Shown piece after piece: positions 23,373 through 30,783 of a stretch of 64,000 bases of DNA. The notes beneath the pieces were generated by a model that was not told the DNA's origin, did not search any database, and worked only from the letters and a program-made list of their open reading frames with translations. Origin of the DNA: a virus (taxonomy: Duplodnaviria; Caudoviricetes). How positions within the stretch are numbered: the first letter of the stretch is position 1; each line of letters starts with the position of its first letter. The translations under genes and the position numbers were made by a program. Location: IMG/VR virus record IMGVR_UViG_3300044706_000051, positions 1,600 through 65,599 of that record; one strand, given 5' to 3'.

Positions 23373-24356
23373 TCAGGCGTAGGCCACGGCGTATTTCGGC
23401 TCGCGCTTCCAGTGCTGCCACAGCGCCGCCTTCATGGCGCTGCGTTCCTCGGTCGTCGCCTCGGGGTGGTCGGCGACCCAGGCGTCGAGGTCGGCATAGA
23501 CCCGCTCCCACATCTCGACGTTGATCTCCTGAATCTTCGGCAGCTCCTCGGCGTAGATGTCGTCGCGAGCGGCGGCGATCCACTGCTCGGCCTGCTTGAT
23601 GAAGAGCTTGCCGGCCGGTGCCTGGATGTCCGGTGACCAGGCGTCCCTGAAGAGCTGGATGGCCCTCTCGATGGTGCGGTAGTCCACCCCCTGATCGTGC
23701 CAGCGCCGGAAGGCGCCCCGCATCTGGACGTGGGTGGCCGGTGTCGGGTGACCGAACTGGAGTGTCCGGGCCATGTTCACGAAGTCGGCCGCCAGGGTGA
23801 CGGCGTTCATCCTTTTAGTCCCGCATTTCTTCGGGGTCTTCCCCCCGGTGGGAACGAGGCCGTCGTTGCAGGGGTCGGCCGGGTTATTCATTTCTGCCAC
23901 CTCCCCGCCGGCTCGGCCGGCTGTAGTTCCTCCTTCAAGTACTCGTTCTTTATGGGGGTGGTCAGCCTCAACCACCCCGGGGGTGGTCAGCCCTGACCAC
24001 CCTCCCAACACCAGTTCGTATGTGTTCTCACGCTGCCCACCGTGCGCCCGAAATTGGGGGGTTGTTCGGACGTAGCCGAACCCTTCCAGCCGGCGCAGAT
24101 ATCGCTTCACGTTGCGTGGATCGGTAGCGAGAATCGCCGCCAGGGTGGCGATCTTGACGTGGCACTGGCCGTTCTTGTCGGTGAATAGGCCCAGGGCCTC
24201 CAGGGTGCGCCGCAGGACCGGCGTCAGCCTGGGGTCGAAGACGGCGGCGGCCGGGACGCAAGAGAAGCGTTTCACCGCGACAATCCGCTGGTTGAAAATG
24301 ACGAGCCTGTGGTATGTTCCCCCATGCGTGGTTCCTTTTCTCGGTGAGGCGGGCAA
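23373..24356 (-). CDS. replication initiator (lambda O-like, N-terminal winged helix); start may be GTG 24275
   Basis: KIATLAAILATDPRNVKRYLRRLEGFGYV...GGQRENTYEL HTH; directly upstream of dnaB; contains iteron-like repeats. Confidence 0.7.
   Translation of the reverse strand: MPASPRKGTTHGGTYHRLVIFNQRIVAVKRFSCVPAAAVFDPRLTPVLRRTLEALGLFTDKNGQCHVKIATLAAILATDPRNVKRYLRRLEGFGYVRTTPQFRAHGGQRENTYELVLGGWSGLTTPGVVEADHPHKERVLEGGTTAGRAGGEVAEMNNPADPCNDGLVPTGGKTPKKCGTKRMNAVTLAADFVNMARTLQFGHPTPATHVQMRGAFRRWHDQGVDYRTIERAIQLFRDAWSPDIQAPAGKLFIKQAEQWIAAARDDIYAEELPKIQEINVEMWERVYADLDAWVADHPEATTEERSAMKAALWQHWKREPKYAVAYA
23954..24002. repeat. iteron-like repeats, candidate replication origin
   Basis: GGGGGTGGTCAGCC at 23954 and 23979, interleaved with inverted copies CAACCACCCC (23969) and TGACCACCC (23994). 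Confidence 0.6.
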
Positions 24357-24365
24357 AGGACTAGG

Positions 24366-24403
24366 AGAGCCCCTGGAGTAGCGGCCAGGGGCTCTTCGCT
24401 TTT
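24366..24403 (+). terminator. terminator-like hairpin
   Basis: 11-bp stem AGAGCCCCTGG/CCAGGGGCTCT followed by TCGCTTTT. Confidence 0.65.
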
Positions 24404-24689
24404 CTCGGACTCAGGTCACCGTTGACCCGTCACCGGGACGCGAAACGGGGAGCACCCCGTAGAGCTGCTCCCCGTTCATGTGCCACCCCCCGTCTCGGTG
24501 AACCGGAGGCGACCATACCGCACCTACCGGACCAACGGGAGGACGTATCAACTGGAGGACAATCCGCGACCAGCGTCGTATCTAACTGGCGTCCGCGCGA
24601 CGTACTCTGCGAGACACCCAAGAAAAAGTGCAGCTCCCCGGCGTGACCCAGGGAGCTGCCGACCGGTACCTGCAAGGAGGACACCGATC

Positions 24690-25349
24690 ATGCCAGCGAA
24701 AACTACGCGCTCGGCGCCGGCAGCGCCAGCTCCCGAGCCGACCTCGACTGTGACCCTGGTGGCCGAGGGCGACGCCGCCCTGGTGCTGCACAACGAGCGC
24801 CTGGCCGACCCTCTCGACCCCGTCACCCGGGCCATCGCCGCCATTTCCAAGAAGCGCTCCAAGACCGAGGCCGACCATCTGGAGATCGCCCGACTCGAAT
24901 TCCTGGGCGGCCTGTACCTGAACGGGCCGGCGGAATTCGATGACGGCCACTTCATCATGGGCAAGGATGTCAAGCCGGCCATCCCGGCCTGGAACGTCCT
25001 GCGCTGCCTTCAGGACGGCGCCACCCGGCACAAGCGGGGCAAGGACGTCCTGCGGGGCTGCCACCCCCTGACGGAGTTCGCCGAGCTGCACTATGACGGC
25101 CCGACGGACCCGGACCTGATGTGGAAGTCCGGCGACTTCTCGCTGCGGAAGACCGTCGGCGTCCAGCGCGCCCGCACTGTCCGCACCCGGCCGTTCTTCT
25201 CGCCCTGGAGCGTCACGCTGCGGATCGAGGTGGACCCCGTCGTCTTCGACCTCGACACCCTGGCCGTGATGTGGCGGGAGGCCGGCCGGTACGCCGGGCT
25301 CGGCGAGATGCGCCCCGTCTACGGTCGCTTCATCGGGCGGATCCAGTGA
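24690..25349 (+). CDS. standalone Cas7/RAMP-like protein (Vipr-like), 219 aa
   Basis: beta1 VTLVAEGDAALVLHN; PAIPAWNVLRCL (cf. P.IP.SS.KG); thumb-like VGVQRARTVRTRP; C-terminal Gly-rich loop AGRYAGLGEMRPVYGRF; AAGGAGG RBS; abuts the pentamer array. Confidence 0.75.
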   Translation: MPAKTTRSAPAAPAPEPTSTVTLVAEGDAALVLHNERLADPLDPVTRAIAAISKKRSKTEADHLEIARLEFLGGLYLNGPAEFDDGHFIMGKDVKPAIPAWNVLRCLQDGATRHKRGKDVLRGCHPLTEFAELHYDGPTDPDLMWKSGDFSLRKTVGVQRARTVRTRPFFSPWSVTLRIEVDPVVFDLDTLAVMWREAGRYAGLGEMRPVYGRFIGRIQ

Positions 25350-25555
25350 GGGGGCCGGCCAGCTCCGAGCCGGCCCACCGCCTCGGGGTGGCCCTGCGCC
25401 GCCTCGGGACGATCATGGGCATCAAGAGCGTCCGGGCCGAGGAGGAGATCCGCCAGGAGAATCACGGCGGTGACCCTGTCGGATTGACAGCGAAGATGGA
25501 AGCTCGGACGGCCGAAATCGAGAAAATCGTCAAGCTCTCGGAGGAAGGGCTGTAA
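25346..25555 (+). CDS. 69-aa hypothetical protein between RAMP-like gene and array
   Basis: GTGA overlap with RAMP stop; ends TAA 25553-25555 just before the array. Confidence 0.55.
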   Translation: MRGPASSEPAHRLGVALRRLGTIMGIKSVRAEEEIRQENHGGDPVGLTAKMEARTAEIEKIVKLSEEGL

Positions 25556-25561
25556 CTCCCC

Positions 25562-26586
25562 ATGGCCGGCCGCGGCTTCGCAGCGTTCGGCATGGCGGGG
25601 CTACACCCGTCCCGGCTGGGCTTGGTTCGGCTCCCCTCGGCACGGTGTGGCGCGTCGCGGCACGTCAAAGGGCGCGTCGTGGCGAGGCTCGGCCATTCGA
25701 ATCACCGGCGAGTCCCGGCTCGGCAAGGCCCGGCAGGGCCAGGCACGGCTCCCCAGCGGCATGGCGCGGCGATACGTTGTCTCGGCAAGTCAAGGCTCGG
25801 CCAAGCAGTTCGCGGCGGGTCTTGGCGCGGCATGGCTCCCCTGAGTCTCGTCTGGCCCCTGGTGCCAGGGCTGGGCGAGGCAGGGAGCGGCTCCCCGCGG
25901 CGCTGCTGGTCCGGGTGAGGCATGGCTCGGTAGGGCTCTGGCTCGACCCGGCATGGCTCAGCTCGGCCAGGCGTGGCTCCCCTCATGACCAGGCACGGCA
26001 GGACACGGCCAGGCGAGGCAAGGTGTGGCTCCCCTCTGGCTGGACCGGTCCTGGCTAGGCGAGTGTGTCCGGGCCAGGCTTGGCAGGGCACGGTACGGCT
26101 CCCCTGCGGCTGGGCCTGGCGAGGCTGTGCGGTGTCGTGACCGGGCATGACAGGTCAGTACCCGGCAAGACGGGGTTAGGCAGGGTGCGGCACGGCGTGG
26201 CTCCCCTTCACTCGGCGAGAGGAGGTATGGCTGATCTAGGCGAGGCGGGACGTGACTCCCCGCGGGTGAGGCATGGTGCGGCGTGGCAGGCAGTGGCGGG
26301 GCAGGACGGGACAAGGCTCGGCTCCCCAAGTCCCGGCATGGCGCAGCAAGGCATGGCAAGACGCGACCCGGCAAGTGTTGGCGAAGGCGAGTCGAAGGCC
26401 CGGCGTGGCTCCCCGGGGTTCGGCTGGGCCATTCCCGGCGCCGCTGGGCCAGGCAGGACAGGGGCGTGGCAGAGCTGGGCACGGCTTGTCGGGGCTCCCT
26501 ATGGCACGGCAAGGTGCGGCCAGGTGCGGCCAGGCCGGACATGGCATGGCGAGGTGAGGCTAGGCCGGTCCCGGCCGGGCTCCCCC
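25562..26586 (+). ncRNA. GGY-NN pentamer guide-like array, about 13 units delimited by GGCTCCCC
   Basis: 5-nt periodicity of GGC/GGT (variants GAC, GTC, AGC) separated by variable dinucleotides; delimiter at 25629, 25747, 25834, 25889, 25975, 26027, 26097, 26199, 26254 (variant), 26320, 26407, 26493 (variant), 26578. Confidence 0.85.
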
Positions 26587-26600
26587 TCATAAAGGCAGAA

Positions 26601-26628
26601 CGGCGGCTCTCACGGGAGCCGCCGCTTT
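26601..26628 (+). terminator. intrinsic terminator closing the array
   Basis: CGGCGGCTC/GAGCCGCCG stem followed by CTTT, between array and convergent gene. Confidence 0.75.
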
Positions 26629-26643
26629 GCTATGACCTGAAGG

Positions 26644-27837
26644 TCAGGCCAAACCGAGAATCCGCCTCGCCTCAGTAACCTCAGACGGCGGCCGACCGCG
26701 CCTCGGCCTGTACTGATCGATGACCCGCTGTGCCTCAGCCCGGCTCATGGTCCCGCCGCCGTTCGTCTCGGCCGGGGCTGGTGTGGCCTTCTTGGCCGGC
26801 GCCGCCCGCTTGGCCGGGGTGGCCTTCTTGGCCGGCGGGGCGGTCTTCTTGACCGGCGGTGCCACCTTCTTGGCGGCCGGCGCCCTCTTCGGTGCGGTGG
26901 CCTTGGCCGCCGCCGGCTTCGACTCGACGGCCATGGCCGCCTTGGGCGCCGGCTGGGCCTCGGCCATGATGGCCTCGACGGCGGCGACGAACGCTTCGGA
27001 TGCCTTCTCCAGTACGGCCAGGAGGCGGCGCTGGAATTCCGACATGCCCGTCACCTGCCTGACCTCCTCCACGATGTCTTGCTCCATATCCAGTACGGCC
27101 ACGTCGGTGTCATCCTCCTCGGGAAGCGAGAATTCCTCGTCCTCGGGCAGCTCCCCGTCCTCGTCGGCCTCGTCCTCGTCCTCGTCAGAATCGAGATCGT
27201 CCTCGGCCTCGGGCTCAGGGAAGTCTGAGGACTCGTCGTCCTCGTCCCCATTTTCTTCCTCTTCCGCAGGAATTTCATCCTCGGGAGCCGGTTGACCTGC
27301 ATTTTCAGCCTCGTTCAGGTCATTTTCGGCCACGATTTCGGCCTCGGGGATCTCGTCCGACACCGGCTCGTCGGCCTCCTCGTCTCCGGTCACCAGCTCG
27401 ATGCGGTCGAGCCCCCGGGTCAGCTCCAGCAGGGCGATGCCCTTGGCGTCAGCCTCCCGCACGGCGTCGAGGCCGGCCTCGTCCTCGTCGTCCCAGAGGA
27501 CGATCAGCTTGCCGTTGCGGGCCTCTTCCAGGAGGCTGGCAAGTTTGTGGGCCACGGCGGTGGACTGGTGCTGCCGGCGGGCGCCGCCCAGGAGTGCCTT
27601 CAGCTCCTTAACCTTCGCCGTTGAATCATCAACAACAGCCTCGACAGGGACCCCGTTGTCCACGGCGAAGGAGCTGACCACCTCCAGGGCGGGGTTCCAG
27701 AACGCCTTGGTCATGGGGAGGATGAACTTGGCGTTGCCTCCCTCGGCGTCGATCAGGTCACGCAGCAGGGCGTACGCATTGCGTTTCTCGACCTTGCCTG
27801 TCCCGACGAACCCCAGCGTCAATTCCGAGCGCGCCAT
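26644..27837 (-). CDS. multidomain protein: Rossmann/SLOG-like N-domain, acidic linker, histone-H1-like PAKK repeats, C-terminal AT-hook
   Basis: LGFVGTG...IVLWD; D/E-rich tract; PAKKA/PAKRA repeats; YRPRRGRPP. Confidence 0.75.
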   Translation of the reverse strand: MARSELTLGFVGTGKVEKRNAYALLRDLIDAEGGNAKFILPMTKAFWNPALEVVSSFAVDNGVPVEAVVDDSTAKVKELKALLGGARRQHQSTAVAHKLASLLEEARNGKLIVLWDDEDEAGLDAVREADAKGIALLELTRGLDRIELVTGDEEADEPVSDEIPEAEIVAENDLNEAENAGQPAPEDEIPAEEEENGDEDDESSDFPEPEAEDDLDSDEDEDEADEDGELPEDEEFSLPEEDDTDVAVLDMEQDIVEEVRQVTGMSEFQRRLLAVLEKASEAFVAAVEAIMAEAQPAPKAAMAVESKPAAAKATAPKRAPAAKKVAPPVKKTAPPAKKATPAKRAAPAKKATPAPAETNGGGTMSRAEAQRVIDQYRPRRGRPPSEVTEARRILGLA

Positions 27838-27883
27838 CTAGTGCCCCTTTCTGTTTTCCGAGGGTGCCCGCTGAATTCGCAGA

Positions 27884-28162
27884 TTACCGGACTGGCCGGC
27901 GACCGGCCGTGGACCGGAAGAAAATCTGCTGCTTTTTATCGTCGGAAATCATGGAGAGGCAAGCCCGAATTTCGTGAGCTACCGAGGCGAGGCCCCACGC
28001 ACCCACGATGACCAGCCACTCTGTTCCTGCAAGGGTTCCGAAAATTCCTACCAGGCCGAGGGAGATAGCCGACTTCGTCCATGCCCGGGTCGGCCAAGGG
28101 ATTAACTCCTTGACGAATTCGGTGCCCTTCATCGCCGCCAGTGCCACAAGGATTAACTCCAT
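27884..28162 (-). CDS. holin-like membrane protein
   Basis: 92 aa, 2-3 hydrophobic segments, charged C-terminus, last gene of the structural operon. Confidence 0.5.
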   Translation of the reverse strand: MELILVALAAMKGTEFVKELIPWPTRAWTKSAISLGLVGIFGTLAGTEWLVIVGAWGLASVAHEIRACLSMISDDKKQQIFFRSTAGRRPVR

Positions 28163-28196
28163 TGAATCCCCGATTCGTCGTCCGAATTCGGGAAAT

Positions 28197-29669
28197 CTAC
28201 AGCGGCTGGGCGTAGTGCAGGGTGTAAGTGATCCCCATCGGCAGGAAATCGGTGATGCGGGTCACCAGGCGTGAATTCCTGACCGCCCGGCGGTGGTAGT
28301 AGTGCGAGCGCGACAGGTTGACCGTGGACTCCCAGAGGTAGTCGGCCACCGAGGTGCCGTCCATCGGGGTCGAGCCGTCGAAGTAGGGCTGGACGACGGG
28401 GCTGGCCTCGAAGAGGACGGCGTCGTAGTACTGGACGGCCGCGGCGTCAGCCGACAGGACGGTCAGCACCACCGCCGCCCAGGCGGCGCCGGCCGGGGCA
28501 ACGGCGGTCACCGACACCTGGCTCCAGCTCCCGATGACCTGGGTCACTGGCGTGCCCTGAGAGGTGCTCAGAAGGCCGCCAGAGGCGTTGTACCACCGGA
28601 TGTCGGCCCGGAGGCTCTTGGCCGTCCCCGACGCCTTGTAGACCGACAGGGAGCCGGTGTAGAACGACCCGGCCGTGACCGGCATGCCGGCGGTGCCGGC
28701 CGGCGTGGCCGCCGTGACGTCGCCGTTGGCCGTGACGGTGAGGGCGAAGCTGGCCGACCCATAGAGTCGCTGGGCCGTGGAGCGGGCCAGGGCGGCGTTG
28801 GTTGTCGTCCAGGAACTGACGTCCGTCTCGGCCGAGGAATTGACGACAAGGTTGACCCGCTCGGCCAGGAGGGTGACGTCCACCGTGCCAGCCGAGGCCG
28901 AGGTGACTTCAGCCGACCAGCCGGTGAGCACCTCGACGGCCTTCTCCAGGCCGAGCGCCGTCCCCTTCAGCTTGTAGATGTAGACGGCGTTGAGGAGCTG
29001 GCGGCGGATGAGGGCGCCGCCCAGCTCGGCCTCCAGGGGAAAGCCCAGCTCGTCGGCCAGGTAGGCCAGGAGCCCGTAGGACATCAGGTCGGGGTCCATG
29101 ACCCACAGCAGGGACTCCATCTCCGAGCGCAGCGTGTTGCACTCGTAGCCGATCAGGCTGAGGTAGGTCTGGAGCATGGGGAGCCCCAGGTAGGACGAGA
29201 TGTAGATGTCGTCGTCCCGGTAGACCCCCGGCGTCAGCTCGTAGAGCCGGTCGGCGTAGCCGTAGTCCTTGGGCAGGAGGCAGACGGTGTTGCCGGCCCG
29301 GATCCAGTCGCCGGCCGGCGTCGTGCGGACGAAGATCGAGTAGTAGTGGAACCGCAGGGGGGCGACCCGGGTGTCCTCGTAGGTCTGGGGGTCGGGCGGC
29401 AGGCCGGCGATGAGGACGTTGCCGCTGCCGTCGGTATTGCTGGCCTCGACCAGCAGCGTTCCCTCGGTCTGATCCATGGGGAAGCCGGTCATGCCCCGGA
29501 CGAGGCGCAGCTTGTCCCAGCTCCCGCTCGGGTGGCCCCAGTTGACCTTGATCCGGTCGTAGAGGTCGGGCAGGGCTTCGAAAATGCCGAGATCGAAGGC
29601 GTAGCGCGGCGGTGTGCCGTACCGGGCGGTGCCGTAGAAATGGACTCCGTAAATTGCGTAGTCGGGCAT
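28197..29669 (-). CDS. baseplate/tail protein (P2 gpI-like region + CBM-like domain)
   Basis: RLYEL.PGVYR, LAYLADELGF, R...LN.V.IYKLKGT..GLE..V..LTGW; then NLVVNSSAETDVSSW carbohydrate-binding-like fold. Confidence 0.75.
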   Translation of the reverse strand: MPDYAIYGVHFYGTARYGTPPRYAFDLGIFEALPDLYDRIKVNWGHPSGSWDKLRLVRGMTGFPMDQTEGTLLVEASNTDGSGNVLIAGLPPDPQTYEDTRVAPLRFHYYSIFVRTTPAGDWIRAGNTVCLLPKDYGYADRLYELTPGVYRDDDIYISSYLGLPMLQTYLSLIGYECNTLRSEMESLLWVMDPDLMSYGLLAYLADELGFPLEAELGGALIRRQLLNAVYIYKLKGTALGLEKAVEVLTGWSAEVTSASAGTVDVTLLAERVNLVVNSSAETDVSSWTTTNAALARSTAQRLYGSASFALTVTANGDVTAATPAGTAGMPVTAGSFYTGSLSVYKASGTAKSLRADIRWYNASGGLLSTSQGTPVTQVIGSWSQVSVTAVAPAGAAWAAVVLTVLSADAAAVQYYDAVLFEASPVVQPYFDGSTPMDGTSVADYLWESTVNLSRSHYYHRRAVRNSRLVTRITDFLPMGITYTLHYAQPL

Positions 29670-29679
29670 GGCCCAGCTC

Positions 29680-30783
29680 CTACAGCTTGATCAGGAAATT
29701 GACCACCACGTAGGGCGGGAGATTGGCGTCGGTGGCACTGACGCCGGCATTGTTGTTGGTCAGGGCGTGGCCGTGGTTCGCCCCGTTGTTCGCCAGGTCG
29801 GTGTACTGGCGCTCGATCATCCAGCCGGTGTTGCCGTGATTGTGGTCGGGAGCGGCGGCCAGGAGCGTGTCACCACGGGTGAAGGTAACCATCCACCCCG
29901 AACCGGTGTCGCTGGCCCGGAACGGCAGGGTGTTGGCCCGGATGGCGATGATGTCGGGGAAGGCCGGGTAGCCGCTCATACCGGGGTCGGTCGGGTGCTT
30001 GTGGTTGCCCGACCAGCCGGTCGTATGGGTGTGGTCGGTGTAGTGCTGGTGGTCGGCATTGGCATTCGCCAGAGTGTTGGGGTGGCTGTGCTGAGGCACG
30101 ACCATGTCCTTCGAGCCGCCCGTCGCCCCGAGCGTCGAGCCCGTCCCGCTGGCCGCCTTTCCGAGCGGCATGCGCTGGCGGAAGTCAGGGACGTTGAAGT
30201 GCGTGCTGTCAGCCGTCCCGTAGGCCGTCCCGATGGCCTGGTACAGGTTGTAGTACGTGTCCGAGCTGGTGGTGCCCCGGGGGTAGCTGGCGCCATCGCA
30301 GAGTGCCCAGCCAGCCGGCGCCGTCCCGCCGCCGAACATGATGATGGTCCCGGGCGGGATGACGGAAGCGGCCAGGGAGAGAGCGGAGGGCATCGGGTGG
30401 ATGTGGTCTTCCTTGGCCGGGTGCACCCCTGAACCGGCCGAGCCGGCCGCCCCGACCACGATGGCCGAAGGCGTGACGGGATTCCCGAGAGCTGCGCCGA
30501 AGGTGTGCCGGGTGTCGATGTCGTGGCCCGGAATCGTGAGCCCCACCCAGGCGGCCCCGGTGTCGTGGGTGTGGGTGGTCGCCGACTTCCCTGTCTCCAG
30601 GGCGGCGGCGCGGTCACTGACCGTCGTGCTCGTCGTCGCCCCGATGTGAGGGTTGGTCCCCAACGTGGACTGGATGGCCGTGATCTCGGACTGCACGTCA
30701 TTCATGTGCAGGGCGAAGACCGTGTCGGTGAGGTCGATCTTGGTGGAGAAGCTGCGGATAGACCCCGGGTAGATGGCGGGCAT
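29680..30783 (-). CDS. tail fibre with tail-collar domain
   Basis: PPGTIIMFGG.TAPAGWALCDG...FNVPDFRQRMPLG; HxH repeats; NLPPYVVVNFLIK. Confidence 0.85.
   Translation of the reverse strand: MPAIYPGSIRSFSTKIDLTDTVFALHMNDVQSEITAIQSTLGTNPHIGATTSTTVSDRAAALETGKSATTHTHDTGAAWVGLTIPGHDIDTRHTFGAALGNPVTPSAIVVGAAGSAGSGVHPAKEDHIHPMPSALSLAASVIPPGTIIMFGGGTAPAGWALCDGASYPRGTTSSDTYYNLYQAIGTAYGTADSTHFNVPDFRQRMPLGKAASGTGSTLGATGGSKDMVVPQHSHPNTLANANADHQHYTDHTHTTGWSGNHKHPTDPGMSGYPAFPDIIAIRANTLPFRASDTGSGWMVTFTRGDTLLAAAPDHNHGNTGWMIERQYTDLANNGANHGHALTNNNAGVSATDANLPPYVVVNFLIKL

Noticed and set aside
24480-24689. 70-aa N-terminal extension of the RAMP-like ORF as given in the ORF track
   Set aside because: A strong AAGGAGG RBS precedes ATG 24690, and the extension overlaps hairpins
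26415-26451. Array unit decoding G-S-W-H-P-A-C resembling GWRHPAC in the 62594..62833 gene; also R-E-I-A (26263) versus gp25 and R-L-Y-E (26046) versus the tail protein
   Set aside because: Matches span only 4-7 codons and then diverge; expected by chance in 64 kb
25562-26586. Classical CRISPR array
   Set aside because: No 23-47-bp repeats with unique spacers; the delimiter is only 8 nt and the inter-delimiter sequence is itself periodic
25562-26586. Simple microsatellite/VNTR
   Set aside because: The dinucleotides are highly variable while the triplet is constant, unit boundaries are marked, and one unit decodes to a meaningful peptide
25462-26678. Many overlapping ORFs on both strands across the array (e.g. 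25958..26590, 26065..26592, 25702..26148)
   Set aside because: Artefacts of 5-nt GGY-NN periodicity, which rarely yields stops; translations are low-complexity with no RBS
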